A stretch of 63,126 bases of DNA, the filler included, from Octopus bimaculoides (lineage: Eukaryota), in NCBI RefSeq assembly GCF_001194135.2. It is 7 parts of 7 records of this genome, joined end to end, with 100 filler letters (N's around TTAATTAATTAA, not from the genome) between each part and the next. Parts side by side here need not be neighbours in the genome. Positions count along the whole stretch, not along the records: positions 28,960 to 42,810 come from NC_068984.1; positions 42,911 to 49,229 come from NC_068996.1; positions 49,330 to 61,759 come from NW_026310760.1; 4 more parts are not named here. The stretch is one strand, 5' to 3'. Of the stretch, positions 40,001 through 52,649 are shown in pieces. Each line of letters begins with the position of its first letter. Position 1 is the first letter of the stretch. The notes beneath the pieces are model-generated. The model had not been told where the DNA came from. It did no database searches and saw only the letters and a program-made list of their open reading frames with translations. Position numbers and translations under genes: made by a program.

Positions 40001-42050
40001 TGTTTTTTAACTCAACATTTACACACTATTATTTGTAGCTTATTTGTTTCAAGTTCCAATGTTCCAAAAGAGAATTTATATGTATNNNNNNNNNNNNNNN
40101 NNNNNNNNNNNNNNNNNNNNNNNNNNNNNNNNNNNNNNNNNNNNNNNNNNNNNNNNNNNNNNNNNNNNNNNNNNNNNNNNNNNNNNNNNNNNNNNNNNNN
40201 NNNNNNNNNNNNNNNNNNNNNNNNNNNNNNNNNNNNNNNNNNNNNNNNNNNNNNNNNNNNNNNNNNNNNNNNNNNNNNNNNNNNNNNNNNNNNNNNNNNN
40301 NNNNNNNNNNNNNNNNNNNNNNNNNNNNNNNNNNNNNNNNNNNNNNNNNNNNNNNNNNNNNNNNNNNNNNNNNNNNNNNNNNNNNNNNNNNNNNNNNNNN
40401 NNNNNNNNNNNNNNNNNCTGGGACATCTTACCAATAAAAAATTTTGAAACTCTGTCTTCTTTACATTTTCAGAGATGTACTTTTTTTTGTTTACTAAATA
40501 ATTATATTTTACAACAAAAAATAAGCTTAGAAGTACACCTTTTTATAATGTAGACTTCCTGACATCTGGATTGAAACTTTCTACTAACAAAAAGGAAAGA
40601 AACTTTTTCTACATGGTTACATGTTCATTTAAAAACAGTAGTCAAATCTCCAGCATTTCACATTCTAAAATCTGGTTTCTGAATTCGGTTCAATTGTTTC
40701 TGAATTAGGCTCAAGACCAATAATTTTTGTGGGTAACAGGTTAGTTAACACTAGTGCTTGAATGATGTTTTCTTTTATTGAACCTGAAATGGTGAAAAGC
40801 AAAGTTGGTCTTGATGAGATGTGAATTCAAAATGCAAATAATTCTTTTTAATTCTTGCAACTTTGGAGGAAAGTGGGGCATATCAGTTATGTCGATCTAG
40901 TTAATATTTGACTAATCCTCTACTTCATTGACTCCACAGGAATAAAGAATAAAGTTGACCTGGTGGAATCTGAATTCAGAATGTAACGAATCACAAAAAA
41001 TAATGATGAGAATTTTGTCTGATGCTTTAAAGATCCTACCAACTTGCTGCCTTTCAGAATGCAATAATGAAAGAAAATATTACCTTAGCCCTTAAGAACT
41101 GACAAGACCGATCTGTTGGCCTAATATTACAAGCCTCAAGATTTGCTGGCTGGTGTTCATACTGGCCAATCAGATTGATTCTCACATTTCTTTCACATCT
41201 GGGCCTTTCAATGGCAGCTTCCATGACAGTTTGCTGTGTTTTGTGATTTTACATCGATGTTTTTGTGTTCCAAGTGAGCCTCATGAAATTTCACCATGTC
41301 CATCAGTGACACTGATGAAAATACCCTTAGCAAGTTTGATTTCTCCCAGCCTGGCAGTGAATCTGACACTGGAACTGTAAAAAGTCTGTTTATCTATGCA
41401 TTGATCTATCTATCTTTAACTTTTTCTACTCAGAAGGTTGGTTTTAACACAACATTTCCATTTTTTTCTAATTCATCAGTTTCAAGATCCAATATTCCAA
41501 ATAAAGAATTATATATGTATAAATACATATATAAAATTCATTTCTATTAAAATTTTTGGGATGTCTTGCCTGCATTATAAATGAAAATTAGACTTTAAAA
41601 TTATTACTCATTTTCATCAACAAGAGAATATTTCACATCATTTAAAACTTCCTGGTTTGGTAACACCCATTTTACTTTTAAGATTTCACACTACAAGCTT
41701 TCCAGGGTATTTTCCTAATCATGGGATATTATATTAATAAAACAACTATGTTTGACTGTATCATTTCATTAAGTTGTTTTTTTTTATATTTTCTTCCTAG
41801 TTCTTTGAGTATATTTGGAAGTGTGGTTCCCAAATCTATCATTAATGTTGCAAAAATTTATATATTCATCTTCTAAATAAATTGAATTATGTTTCCATGT
41901 GTTGTTTTTAATATNNNNNNNNNNNNNNNNNNNNNNNNNNNNNNNNNNNNNNNNNNNNNNNNNNNNNNNNNNNNNNNNNNNNNNNNNNNNNNNNNNNNNN
42001 NNNNNNNNCACACACACACACACACACACACACACGTGTGTATGCATATA

Positions 42051-42081
<31 letters not shown>

Positions 42082-42240
42082 TTAGATATATATACATATG
42101 TACGTATATACTTATATTTATACTGATATCTATTGAGCTAGATATCTGTTTAACTGTCTAGCTGTATATTATGTACATATAAATATAGGTATATCTGAGA
42201 TATATTTAAATACACATATGTGTGTGTGTGTGTATGTATG

Positions 42241-42279
<39 letters not shown>

Positions 42280-42924
42280 GCACACACACACATCTATATA
42301 TATATATACACACATATAAACATATATATATGTATATAAATGAGTGCATATATATATACATGTATATAAATGAGTGTATACACACAGACACACACACACA
42401 CACACATATATATATGTATTTATTATACACACACAGATACAGTTACACTTATATGTAAGCATGTATACAAACATTCACATGCATATATACACATATGTAC
42501 ATACATACATACATGTGTGTGTGTGTGTATGTCTGTTGTTTTACTCATAAACATTTGGCATAGATGTTTAGGCTGTAGGTTTATTTAGCAGTGCTAGGAG
42601 ATTAATAAAATTCAAACTGCAGACAGCGCCAGACAGAGTTCAATAATAATCAAATTCTTCTTAACCTGTTCAAAGAGAATCAGGAGTTAGGCGAGACAGA
42701 GAAGAATGGTAGTTATGATTAGGTCAGTTCACAAAAAATAGGCTTCCTTACTGGAGTGATGATACCCATATTAGTACAGTCCAATATTTATTATATATAT
42801 ATATATATATNNNNNNNNNNNNNNNNNNNNNNNNNNNNNNNNNNNNNNNNNNNNTTAATTAATTAANNNNNNNNNNNNNNNNNNNNNNNNNNNNNNNNNN
42901 NNNNNNNNNNTTTTTGTGTTGCGA

Positions 42925-43222
42925 GTTACTTGGTGACCCTGCCAGTATTGGTACCATGTAAAAAGAGTATCCAGTCCACACTGTGAAGTGGTTGGCATTT
43001 GGAAGGGCATCCAGCTGTAAAAACCATTCCAAAACTGACCTTCCCTATGCTGGTGTCATGTAAAAAGCACTCAGTCCACTCTGCTGGGTGGTTGGTGCTG
43101 GAAAGAGCATCCAGCCATAGAAGCCATGCAAAAACAGAGAGAGAAGTTAGGTGTAGTCTGACTACCTACTGTCAAACCCAAGCCAGCATGGAAGGAGGAC
43201 ACTAAACAATGATGATGATGAT
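42925..43222 (+). mobile_element. 5'-truncated RTE LINE 3'UTR copy with (GAT)n tail
   Basis: GGAAGGGCATCCAGC...CCAGCATGGAAGGAGGACACTAAACAATGATGATGATG. The same UTR is attached to RTE coding sequence at 45663-46150. Confidence 0.7.
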
Positions 43223-45252
43223 GCTGTAACAGATTTAGTCAATAGGCATCAATATTTTTGGAAAATTTCTTGTCTTATAGACATGTAGGTATTATTAGTT
43301 TGTTGATGTCAGTAAACTAAATAAATAACTTTTATGATTTCTGGTTCACAGAAGTAATAATCATTAATTATATCAACAATCCTTTCTACTATAGACACAA
43401 GGCCTGAAATTTTGTGGGGAGGGGGTAACTGATGAAGTTTGAGTTATCATCTTGAACAAGATACTCGTAATGTCTTCCTACCTGACAACTGAGAATTCCA
43501 CAATGGAACTTCAGCTATTTATATAGTTCCAACATTAACACTATTTTATCTTTTACTTGTTTCAGTCATTGGATTGTGGCCATGCTTCAGCACCACTTTG
43601 AAGGGTTCAACAACAGAACTTTCAACTCCAATACAATCTTGTTTTATTTAGGCTGGTACTTATTCTATCAGTCACCTGTGCTGAACAGCTAAGTAACAAG
43701 GGTGTTGTCAAGCACTGGTGGATTAACACAAATGCAAAGACACATACACATAACAGGCTTCATTCAGTTTCCACCTACCAAATCCATTCACAAGGCTTTA
43801 GTTGGCCCAAAACTGTAGCAGAAGACACTTGCCCAAGGTGAAACACAGTGGGATTGAACCTGGAATCATGTGGTTAAGGGGAAAGTTTCTTACCACACAG
43901 ACATTCCTGCACCCATTGTATAAATTAATGTCAAAACATTTTCATTTCTCTATTCAAGCTTAAACTAAATCCTAATTGTTCATCATCATTATGATCATCA
44001 CCACCACCACCACTACCATTCCCCACCACCACCACCACCATCACTTGTGTAGAATATTATGCATATTGTTTGCGTCAATGTGGCTGTCCGATGAAAAGGA
44101 TTCAATCCAATTCTATCATGGTTCATTGGTAATTGGTAAGAAAGGCAACTAGCTGTGAAAATACTAGTTCCAACTGTATAAACATATCAACATTTCTATA
44201 ATTACCATATTTGTAACAACCACAAATATCTCACACAAACAATCATGAAAATATGAATGCGAAACAATAACACACGCGTGCGCGCGCGGATGCATTTATA
44301 TGGTCAGAGACAGCAGTATGGTTAAAAAAATCTGCTCAGAAAACATGGTTTTAAGTTCAGTGTTGCTGAGCTGCGCTTCTCTACCATAGACCCAAGCTGA
44401 CCGAGTCCTTTTTGAGTGGATCTGATACACGGAAACCCATGAAAGCCCACCATGCGTATGCATGCATGCACGTGTGTGTGTGTGTGTGTGTGTACATGTG
44501 CATTTGATTTTACTCTCACTCCTAAACAACAAGTACTGGTTTGCCTGTATCCCCATAAATTAATAGTTCAGCAAGGAAGAAAGGAAAGTAAAAAAGGAAA
44601 AATGGAGGNNNNNNNNNNNNNNNNNNNNNNNNNNNNNNNNNNNNNNNNNNNNNNNNNNNNNNNNNNNNNNNNNNNNNNNNNNNNNNNNNNNNNNNNNNNN
44701 NNNNNNNNNNNNNNNNNNNNNNNNNNNNNNNNNNNNNNNNNNNNNNNNNNNNNNNNNNNNNNNNNNNNNNNNNNNNNNNNNNNNNNNNNNNNNNNNNNNN
44801 NNNNNNNNNNNNNNNNNNNNNNNNNNNNNNNNNNNNNNNNNNNNNNNNNNNNNNNNNNNNNNNNNNNNNNNNNNNNNNNNNNNNNNNNNNNNNNNNNNNN
44901 NNNNNNNNNNNNNNNNNNNNNNNNNNNNNNNNNNNNNNNNNNNNNNNNNNNNNNNNNNNNNNNNNNNNNNNNNNNNNNNNNNNNNNNNNNNNNNNNNNNN
45001 NNNNNNNNNNNNNNNNNNNNNNNNNNNNNNNNNNNNNNNNNNNNNNNNNNNNNNNNNNNNNNNNNNNNNNNNNNNNNNNNNNNNNNNNNNNNNNNNNNNN
45101 NNNNNNNNNNNNNNNNNNNNNNNNNNNNNNNNNNNNNNNNNNNNNNNNNNNNNNNNNNNNNNNNNNNNNNNNNNNNNNNNNNNNNNNNNNNNNNNNNNNN
45201 NNNNNNNNNNNNNNNNNNNNNNNNNNNNNNNNNNNNNNNNNNNNNNNNNNNN

Positions 45253-45299
<47 letters not shown>

Positions 45300-45662
45300 C
45301 ACACACAGCCAATAGTTCATAAAAGCTTATTAAGATACCCAAAATATCAATGATATAAATATTTTATTTCTCAACAGTTAATAAAATTGCTGAATGCAAA
45401 TATATATTGTGCAATTTCATTTTGTGACTTATCTAAATATTTCGATGTTATTTTCTAATTATTTCCGAAATAAACAAATACACTGTTTTCCCAGACAGTA
45501 GAAAGAAGAGATAAGTGAAAAGAAAGAAGGCAAAATTTGAAGCGATTACTGCTATATCAACATCTGAGCAGTTGGATGGAGGAAAACCTTGACAGAAGTT
45601 TGCTCACTGCTAGAAGAGGAAGTTATGGAAACTAAAAGAAGCCTTTTATCTATCTATCTATA

Positions 45663-46150
45663 TCATCATCATCGTTTAAACGTACATTTTCCATGCTGGC
45701 ATGGGTTAGATGGTTTGATTGAGGACTGGCAAGCCAGTGGGCTGCACCAGGCTCCAATCTGATTTGGTAAGGTTTCTACAGCTGGGCGCCCTTCCTAATG
45801 CCAACCACTACAAGAGTGCAGTGAGTGCAGGTCTTCTCAAGCACATCACATCACCCAATGATTCAAGGATACTTTTAAATTGGGCTGGTTATGCAACACT
45901 GGCATTAGCCACAGCTGCAATCTCACTTTACTTGCCAGGTCTTCTCAATCACAGCATGTTTCCAAAGGTCTCAGTCACTAGTCATTGCCTCGGTGAGGCC
46001 CAACGCTCGAAGGTCATGCTTCACCACCTCATCCCATGTCTTCCTGAGTCTCCCTCTTCCACAGGTTCCTTCCACTGTTTGGGAGTGACACTTCACACAG
46101 CTGTCCTCACCGACACAACACATTACCATACCAGTGCAGTCATCTCTCTT
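45663..46150 (-). mobile_element. RTE-clade LINE 3' end (ORF2 C-terminus, 3'UTR and tail)
   Basis: Minus strand EDSCVKCHSQTVEGTCGRGRLRKTWDEVVKHDLRALGLTEAMTSD matches the RTE GxRxRGRPxxxW...DR..W region. The tail reads (CAT)n on the plus strand. Confidence 0.85.
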
Positions 46151-46184
46151 GCACCACACACACACACACACACANNNNNNNNNN

Positions 46185-46220
<36 letters not shown>

Positions 46221-46244
46221 GCATATGTTATCTTCAGATGTTGA

Positions 46245-46558
46245 GTTTCATGGAGGTTATGACAAGTGACCGAGACTGTTGGTAACTTTACTATGTTTGA
46301 GAAGAGATGCCAAGCTTAGTGAAATTGTAGTCATTGCCAGTGCTGGTGACACATAAAGGAGACACCTGCCAGTGACATGTTAAAGGCACCCAGTACACTT
46401 TGTAAAGCGACTGGCATTGGGAAGGGCATGCAGCTGTAGAAACCGAGCCAAAACAGACTGGAGCCTGCTACAGCTCTCTGGTTTACTAGTTCCAGTCAAA
46501 CTGTCTAACTAATGCCATCATTGAAAGCGGATGTTAAATGATGATGATTATGATGATG

Positions 46559-46560
<2 letters not shown>
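46245..46560 (+). mobile_element. RTE LINE 3' end, opposite orientation to 45663-46150
   Basis: MEVMTSDRDCW remnant, then the same 3'UTR and (GAT)n tail. Confidence 0.75.
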
Positions 46561-46601
<41 letters not shown>

Positions 46602-47050
46602 TGAGTGTGCGCACGCATGTGCATGTTACTGTCTTATTGCATTGATATCACATGATAATAATAAACGAGTGACACCACTATGCAAGTGATGTCCATTTCC
46701 AATCATGTGTGAAAACATGCCAGGTCATGAGGAAATATTTCCTTTCTTGGAAAGAGGAAAAGCTTGGTTACAGAAAGGACATCTGGCTACAGAAAAATCA
46801 GCCCCTAACAAATTCTATCCAACCCATGCAAGCATAGAAAAGCGTACATTGAAATGAAGAAAAAAAAAATCAACAACACTAAATTTGTGAAGCAGTCTGT
46901 TTGGAAATGTTATCTCGTGAAAGCTACATAATGAAGATTAATCTATATGACAGATGGATAACTGTGAATGAGAGATCGAAATCTGAAAGGAATTCTAAAG
47001 ATCAATAATTCACCAGAGTTATGAAGAAGACATTTTTATAGAAATGTCTC

Positions 47051-47725
47051 CATATGGCTGTGTAGCTAAGAAGCTTGTTTTGCAGTGATGTGGTTTTGGG
47101 TTCAATCCTACTGAATAACACCTGGGGCAAGTGGTTTCTATTATAGTCCCAAGTTGTCCAATACCATGTGAGTGAATTTGGTGGATGGAAAATGTGTGGA
47201 TGCCTGTCATATATGTGTGTGTGTGTATGAGATAGAGTGAGAGTGAGTGAGTGTGTGAGAGTGAGTGTGTATGAGTGAGTGTGTATGAGTGAGTGTGTAT
47301 GAGTGAGTGTGTATGAGTGAGTGTGTATGAGTGAGTGTGTATGAGTGAGTGTGTATGAGTGAGTGTGTATGAGTGTGAGTGATTGAGTGAGAGTGAGGAT
47401 GTGTGAGTGAGAGTGAGCATGTGTGAGTGAGAGTGAGTGAGAGTGAACATGTATGAGTGAGAGTGAGTGTGTATGAGTGAGAGTGTATGAGTGAGAGTGT
47501 ATGAGTGACAGTAAGTGTGTGTGTCTTTATAAGTGATCCACTGTCACTTGACAACCAGTGTTGGTTTGTTTACTTCCCTGTAACTTAGTGGTTCAGCAAA
47601 AGTGATGATAGAATAAATACAGGACTTTTAAAAATAAGTACAGGGGTCAATTTGTTAGATTAAAATCCTTCAAGGTACCCCAGTATGGCCACAGTCTAAT
47701 GACTGAAACAAGTAAAAGATAAAGA
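47051..47725 (+). mobile_element. SINE family A whose internal microsatellite has expanded into a 14-bp satellite (about 47210-47520)
   Basis: Decayed head 47051-47205, then (GTGTATGAGTGAGT)n, then the normal 3' half ending GAAACAAGTAAAAGATAAAGA. Confidence 0.8.
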
Positions 47726-48210
47726 AATTGGTTTATTTGTTGAGAGTAAATTTAATCATTTTCCTACATGTCCTCTTTTTCCTCACACCTTCAGTCCACA
47801 CTCACTCTTATAATGTAAAATAGTTCTAGCATCTTTCAGCTTTATTCCCCTTTCTCAGTAACCCCTAACATTAATCCCTTTCCTTTCCCCTGTTCCATAC
47901 CATACCCCCTTCCCACAATTAGCATCTGTCCTACTATTCTCCACTACCACATTATAACAACTAGAAAATCATTCCTTTCATTTTACTTATCACTCCCTTA
48001 TCACCTAATTTAGAATCAATACATCCTATCTCTTCTATTCTCCCACTGTTATAGGGACCCACTTTTGTAAGCCCCTTAGTCCAGTGCCATGAGAAACAGA
48101 ATCCAGTACCAGTAGTGTAACGGAGGGAGGGGACGTGCCCCAGGTGTCAATTGAAGAGAGGCACAGATTAAAGTGGGGTGCCTCATCAAGAATAAGGAAG
48201 GATATCTTAA

Positions 48211-48432
48211 CCCTTTCGTTACCAACCTGGCTGAAACCACCTCTGGCTCTCTAGTACAAATGTCTTGTTTCTATAAGTTCTGAATTAAAATCTTCCACCA
48301 AACCTTAGTCACAATTTATGTTCCTAACACTAGCTTAATGATAACTAAGTTATTTTACTAACTTCTCTGTTATATTTAAAATTAATTGAAAGAAACACAG
48401 AGCATCTCAACAGAAATACGGTAACAAAAAGG
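48211..48432. mobile_element. piggyBac-type MITE, copy 1
   Basis: TTAA|CCCTTTCGTTAC...GTAACAAAAAGG|TTAA; 222 bp. Confidence 0.85.
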
Positions 48433-48463
48433 TTAAAATATATAATAGATAAACAATTCTTAA

Positions 48464-48684
48464 CCCTTTAGATACTAACCCAGCTGAAACTGCCTCTGGC
48501 TCTGTAGTACAAATGTCTTGATTTCATAAGCTCTGAATTAAAATCTTCCACCAAACCTTAGTCACAATTTATGTTCCTAACACTAGCTTAATGATAACTA
48601 ATTTATTTTACTAAATCCTTTGTTATATTTAAAGTAATTGAAAGAAATGCAGAGCATCTCAAAATGAATACAGTAATGAAAGGG
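48464..48684. mobile_element. piggyBac-type MITE, copy 2
   Basis: TTAA|CCCTTTAGATAC...GTAATGAAAGGG|TTAA; 221 bp; same orientation as copy 1 and clearly homologous to it. Confidence 0.85.
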
Positions 48685-48911
48685 TTAAACATCTTTTTTT
48701 TAATTACATTTCATTTCACACAGGTTTTTTTTAATGCTGCATTTGGAGAAGCTGGTGCATTAAATGGTTAAAATAAGGAGGTTTCATAAAAGTAACCATT
48801 CAAAAATATATTTTAAATTACAGGCAGGTAAATAAACTCTGGTAAAGTATTTATTCCTAAAATATTGCTTTAAAATATTAATTACTTGTAACAACAACAA
48901 ATAAGTACTAT

Positions 48912-49229
48912 ACATCATCATCATCATCATCGCTTAATGTCCGCTTTCCATGCTAGCATGGGTTGGACGATTTGACTGAGGACTGGTGCAACCGGATGGC
49001 TACACCAGGCTCCAATCTAATTTGGCAGAGTTTCTACAGCTGGATGCCCTTCCTAACGCCAACCACTCAGAGAGTGTAGTGGGTGCTTTTACGTGTCACC
49101 CGCACGAAAACGGCCACGCTCGAAATGGTGTCTTTTATGTGCCACCCGCACAAGAGCCAGTCCAGGGGCACTGGCAACGATCTCGCTCGAAAACCCTACA
49201 AGGCCAGTCAGGCGGTACTGGCAACGGTC
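48912..49229 (-). mobile_element. RTE LINE 3'UTR copy, relatively young
   Basis: (CAT)n CGCTTAATGTCCGCTTTCCATGCTAGCATGGGTTGG...GGATGCCCTTCCTAACGCC; cut off by a gap. Confidence 0.75.
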
Positions 49230-49329
49230 NNNNNNNNNNNNNNNNNNNNNNNNNNNNNNNNNNNNNNNNNNNNTTAATTAATTAANNNNNNNNNNNNNNN
49301 NNNNNNNNNNNNNNNNNNNNNNNNNNNNN

Positions 49330-50315
49330 GGTCAATGCATGCTTAAAAAAATCGTACCTTTGGAGAAATTTGAAAAAACTTCATCTTAAAAGCAACATCA
49401 AAGTACTTCTACAGGGTGATCATACGAGCTTCTTAAGATTGGTAATGTGATATTAACATTCAACTCAAGACTTCACCTACATGAATTTACGTGCGGTCAA
49501 ATTATACTTTCTCTTAGGAATCTTATGGATAAAGTATTTCCTAATTTATTTGTCAATTACACTGATGTAAACTGGCTATGTGAAAGAGCTACACCTAGCT
49601 CCAACTAATGAAATGGTTGATCAACTCAATCATGAACTTCTTCAAAAGTTAACAGTCGATAAAGATCAGGTTGTTCAATACCCTGTTGAATTTCTGAACA
49701 CACTTAAACCCATTGAGATGCCAACGCATAACTTGACACTAAAGCTGGGTGCTCCTATAATTTTGCTTAGGAATCTTGAACCATCTCAACTGTGTAATGG
49801 AACTCGCTTAATTGTTACTTCCATGAAACTCCATGTCCTACAGGCAACAATCATAACAGGTAGTCACAAAGGAGAAAATGTCTTCATTCCAAAAATTCCT
49901 CTCATACTTAGAGATGTTCCATTTTAATTTAAGACATTGCAGTTTCCAGTCAAACTAAGTTTTGGTATTTCAATGAACAAATCTCACTGTCAATCTATCA
50001 AGGTAGTTGCACTTGATCTCTCTACTACATACTTCTCCAATAGCCAACTCTATGTTGCTTGCTCGCGAGTTGGAAGCAGCAACAATTTATTCATTTCGAC
50101 ACCAACAAAAAATTACACGATGAATATTGTTTACCCTGAGGTGTTTCAAGATTGACAGATTTTCAGTTCTAAACTCTATTATCATTACAATTTGGATATT
50201 TTAAAACAAAATATAGTTATTTTGAAATAATTATGAGAATATATCTTTATATTTATTGTTTACTAATCTGAAAAAGAACTGCAATAACCCGGGCAACGCC
50301 GGGTCATTCAGCTAG
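49330..50315 (+). mobile_element. Helitron 3' end: pseudogenised PIF1-like helicase C-terminus, terminal hairpin and CTAG
   Basis: VNACLKKSYLW, LAPTNEMVDQLN, LRNLEPSQLCNGTRL, QFPVKLSFGISMNKSHCQS and SQLYVACSRV, with a frameshift and in-frame stop. Hairpin ACCCGG-GCAACG-CCGGGT at 50287-50304; CTAG at 50312-50315. Confidence 0.92.
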
Positions 50316-50328
50316 CGCACACACACAC

Positions 50329-50678
50329 ATGAATTAGAAGCAGCTTGAGGTATATAAACAAAATCGAGCACACATACACAAGGTGTGTGTTGTTAGTTTG
50401 TGGGTCGGCTGCGTTTTAGGCGTAAGAGAATATATTCTCAAGGCGCCTGGTATTAAAAACACCTGAAAGTAAGTCATAGGCAAGCAAGACAATTTACTTG
50501 CCTATGACTTACTCTCGCTTGGTTACGACTTACTTTCAGGTGTTTTTATCACTAGGCGCCATTGAGAATATATTCTCTTACGCCTAAAACGCAGCCGACC
50601 CACGAACTAACAACACACACCTTGTGTATGTGTGCTTGATTTTGTTTATTTATATACCTCGAGCTACTTCTAATTCAT
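50329..50678. repeat. 350-bp palindromic element with nested inner hairpin; extra right-arm copy at 50853-50945
   Basis: Arms 50329-50475 and 50527-50678 are near-exact reverse complements. Inner perfect 17-bp stem at 50468-50484 and 50497-50513. Confidence 0.9.
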
Positions 50679-50942
50679 ATTTGAATATTTTCTGTGGCAT
50701 GAAACGGCGGGACAAGCCAGCAGGTAGTTTTTAAACCATTTATGATATAGTCATGGTCGGCGATATAGCTTCCAACAGGCCTTATTTGGTACGTAGCATT
50801 GAAAAGTGACAACAATGACGAAATATCGATGTCTGTCAATCCGAAAAGAGACCTGTTTTTAACACCAGACGCATTGAGAATATATTCTCTTATGCCTAAA
50901 ACACAGCCGACCCACGAACTAACAGCAGACACACCTTATGTA

Positions 50943-50980
<38 letters not shown>

Positions 50981-51199
50981 ACAGAGTTACTTAATCGGAC
51001 TGTTACCTAATACTTCGTTGAACCCTAGTGTGAAAGCGATTGGTAAGATCATACACACACATAACACACACACACACACACACACACATGCATAAAGCGA
51101 AGATGAGCTAAGGGATAACTCAATGGCCTGTGGCATGTGTTGAAACAGCAAAGACGAATAAGGAAGGCATATTAAACAATATACAAAGAAAATTCTTGA

Positions 51200-51257
<58 letters not shown>

Positions 51258-52549
51258 AAGATAAAAACTAGTCACATCAATCAAACAAGTCCCAAGGTAC
51301 CTCTGAATGTCAGGGGCGTAACACCTTTTTCCTGAATAAACCATAAAAAAGGTGGAGTGAAAAGTATTCAGATGGACATAAATTGTTAAGTTTGGAACTT
51401 ACATAACTTTTAAATGCCCTAATTACAAATAACAGTTATGGCTAATAAATAATAATGTATAATTATATTTCATAATTTATCGAAATAATTTTATTGACCG
51501 ATAGTGGGAGAAAAAAGAGAAAGGGAAGAAGAAACAAAGAGAGGGAGAAAGAGAAAGAAGGGGTTTCTGTGATAAAGTTGTAGATAAATGTCCGATAAAA
51601 TACTTATATACTAGTAACAAAAAAAGGATAATTAAAAGGATATAATGAATCAGCAACAAAAGTGCAGACACATTTCACTATAAATAATTACATCGAACGT
51701 TTTTCAAGATAAAATCTGAAAAACATGTGATAATTATAACACTTTAGTGTGTCCATAGTTTTAGTTTTCGTTGGCGACATGTATCGTAATGTCTCATTAC
51801 CTGCTTTGCCCGCTAACTTCAACGCTTCATGGAATACTGTCGCACCTTGGTGAGTTACTTTTACGCACAGTTATAACAACTATGTCCAATGGTCAACAAT
51901 GTTTTCAACAGTCATTACATATAGTTTTGGAATATCCTAATGCAATTTTTTATTTTTTATGCAGAATTTTTTTTCTGACTGCTAATTTGTATCTAGAAAC
52001 AATTAAAGTGTGTAGTTCAGATTTTGTTGATTTCATTTTTGTTCTTCACCCGAACAGATTTATTACAAACCAAACTATTAATTCTTAAAGAATACAAATG
52101 AAGCCGTGAGATGATGTCTCTGTTTCTCATGACAACTTTCAACAATTTCTTTTATGACTAAATACATCGTTTTTCTCATTAAAGAAACACTGATTCTTTC
52201 TATTTGTTAATCAATTACTATTTATGGATTTTCTTAATTGCTAATTGGTAATCATTCTCCTGAATCGACAGCTCTTCGTGGGTCCACCCTCAAATACATT
52301 CGCATCGAACATTTATGAATCTGAACAGAAGCCTAAATATTGATCCCTCACTTTCTAACTAGTAATGTCTTGTATTTTCTTCCAAAATATCGTTTTATAC
52401 TTTACAATCTAATAATTTATTACGAATTTTTAATTGTTAGTTTCTCCAGAAGAGAGAATGTAAACGAAAATTTCCAGTGGTTCCTTTCTAAATGCTTAAA
52501 TCAAAGTTTATTTAGTGCAAAACATTTTGGAAAAGAAAACTTTGATACT

Positions 52550-52610
<61 letters not shown>

Positions 52611-52649
52611 CTAACAAATATATATATATATATTGTTAGTATTAGAGTT

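Noticed and set aside
678-45342. Long ORFs of 200-460 aa in the supplied track
   Set aside because: They consist of N runs (X) and translated TA/CA/TG microsatellites (YIYI, HTHT, VCVC) and are not genes.
49580-50155. Host PIF1 helicase gene
   Set aside because: It has a stop, a frameshift, degraded motifs and a Helitron 3' hairpin plus CTAG, so it is a transposon relic.
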